Source: Isurus oxyrinchus (lineage: Eukaryota). Taken from it: a stretch of 64,000 nt of DNA. The notes beneath the pieces were generated by a model. That model saw only the letters and a list, made by a program, of their open reading frames with translations. It ran no database searches and had not been told where the DNA came from. Where the stretch lies: assembly GCA_026770705.1 (NCBI GenBank), contig JANJGN010000034.1, positions 3,596,001 through 3,660,000 on the forward strand, read 5' to 3'. Positions 62,305-64,000 of this stretch are shown piece after piece. How positions within the stretch are numbered: position 1 is the stretch's first letter; the number at the start of each line of letters is the position of its first letter. The translations under genes and the position numbers were made by a program.

Positions 62305-64000
62305 TATAAACAAAAAAACTGCAGATGCTGGAAATCCAAAACAAAAAACAGAATTTCCTGGAAAAACTCAGCAGGTCTGGCAGTGTCGGCGGAGAAGAAG
62401 CATTGACATTTCGAGTCCTCATGACAGTTCAACAGAACTGAGTGAATCTTAGGAGAGGGGTGAAATATAAACTGGTTTAAGGTGGGATGGGGGGTTTGGG
62501 TGGGGGGAGAGAAGTGGGGGCGGGGTGTGGTTGTAGGGGCAAGCAAGCCATGATAGGAGCAGATAATCAAAAGATGTCACAGACAAAAGAACAAAAGAAC
62601 ACAGAGGCGTTGAAGGTGGTTAATTATCTAAACGAACATGCTAATTAAGAATAGATGTTACGGCACCCAAGCTACAGCTCTAGTGGGGATGGGTGGGCAT
62701 AAAAGATTTAAAAATAATGGAATTTGGAGGGAAAAGAAAAATCTATATAAATTATTTGAAAAACACAAAAGGAACGGGGTAGAAAGAGAAAGGGGGTGGG
62801 GATGGAGGAGTAGTGTTCAAGGTCTAAAGTTGTTGATTTCAATATTCCGTCCAGAAGACTGTAAAGTTCCTAGTCCGAGGATGAGTTGCTGTTCCTCCAG
62901 TTTGCGTTGGGCATCACTGGAACAATGCAGCAAGCTAAGGACAGTCTTGTGGGCAAGAGAGCAGGGTGGAGTGTTAAAATGGCAAGCAACAGGGAGGTTT
63001 GGGTCATTCTTGCGGACAGACCGCAGGTGTTCTTCAAAGTGGTCATCCACTTTACGTTTGGTCTTTCCGATACAGAGGAGACCGCATTAGGAGCAACAAA
63101 TGCAGTAGACTAAGTTGGTGTAAATGCAAGTGAAATGCTGTTTCATTTCAAAGGAGTGTTTGGGCCCTTGCACTGAGTAGAGAGCAGATGAAGGGACAGG
63201 AGTTGTATCTTTTGCGTGGGCATGGGGAGATGCCTTAGGCAGTGGTTGAGGAGTAGTTGGTGATGGAGGAGTGGATCAGGGTGCCCCGGAGGAAACAATC
63301 CATACGGAATGCCGCCGGGGCGTGTGAGGGGAAGATATGTTTGGTGGTGGTATCATGCTGGAGTTGGCGTAAATGGCGGAGGATGCTCCTTTGAAAGCGG
63401 AGGCTGATGGGCTGATAAGTGAGGACAAGGGGGACCCTATCAATTTTCTGGTAGGGAGGGGAATGGGTGAGGGTGGATGCATGGGAGATGGGCCGAAAAC
63501 GGTTGAAGGCCCGGTCAATGGCCATGGGTGGAAAAACTCGGTTTAGGAAGAAGGAGGACATGTCAGACGAAGTCTTTTTGAAGGTAGCTTCAACAGAACA
63601 GATGCGAAGGTACTGAGAGAATGAGACGGAGTCCTTACAGGAAACGGGGTCTGTGGAGCTGTAGTCGAGGTAGCTGTGGGAGTCGTTAGTCTTGCAATGG
63701 ATATTGGTGGACAGTTAATCAACAGAGATTGAGACAGAGAGGTCAAGGAAGGGAAGGGAAGTGTCAGAGATTGTTCATGTGAAAATAATAGAGGGGTGGT
63801 GACTGGATGCAAAATTAATACATTTTTCCAAGTCCCGACGAGAGAATGAAACAGCACAGAAGTTACCATTGATGTTTCGGAGAAAGAGTTGTGGAAGGGT
63901 GCTGGATTAGCACTGGAACAAGGAGTGTTCCACATACTGCATATAGAGACAGTAATAGCTGGGGCCCATGCGGGTACACATAGCCACACCTTTTATATTG
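62305..64000 (-). mobile_element. Penelope-like retroelement (RT C-terminal part, GIY-YIG, terminal repeat), frameshifted, runs off the window
   Basis: ORFs DRVPLVLTYQPISLRFQRSILRH and FEEHLRSVRKNDPNLPVACHFN; terminal segment matches 35170-35350. Confidence 0.93.

Noticed and set aside
1-64000. Listed six-frame ORFs as host genes; prokaryotic systems such as CRISPR arrays or operons
   Set aside because: The ORFs are short, low-complexity, gap-spanning or transposon-derived. The sequence is eukaryotic and intron-dominated, and there is no repeat-spacer array.

Overview
Vertebrate genomic DNA, AT-rich, with three N-gaps. The Penelope, CR1/L2 and SINE repertoire suggests a cartilaginous fish (shark); this is inference from recognised repeats. 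None of the listed ORFs is a host gene. Reading splice signals on the minus strand reveals a hidden gene: 24 micro-exons (21-36 nt, all AG/GT-bounded, all phase 1-1, no stops) spread over about 60 kb. They splice to 720 nt, about 240 aa of continuous coiled coil: xHTIHELKG EFAKCQMSLKES REILQDREE EAKLEANEK ELSKCEKTLKKS DERMKENEK DCSSKLQTL EKNLKGK DEQITGKDA DLANLKKNLDIA AENLKQKEK DCSKAMKKS ADIIDGLTK ELSTCQKTIQEF EKKLEDQDK AVFEEKLAKDE ELAKLKKSLEAS GERLKGKDI ELAKLKKSLDSA EATLAENDK ELTKLRKDLEDA VNALGEKEK ECASLKKTLEAT EEKLKEKEK. The gene grew by tandem duplication of a ~5.2-kb unit carrying one 36-nt and one 27-nt exon (21 aa, three heptads). No start or stop codon was found and the gene appears to continue beyond both ends of the window, so its identity is unknown. 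The introns hold decayed CR1/L2 LINEs, a SINE, microsatellites and Penelope-like elements, including a 98-bp-arm palindrome with a 14-bp TSD and hammerhead-like motifs. All coordinates were read by eye.
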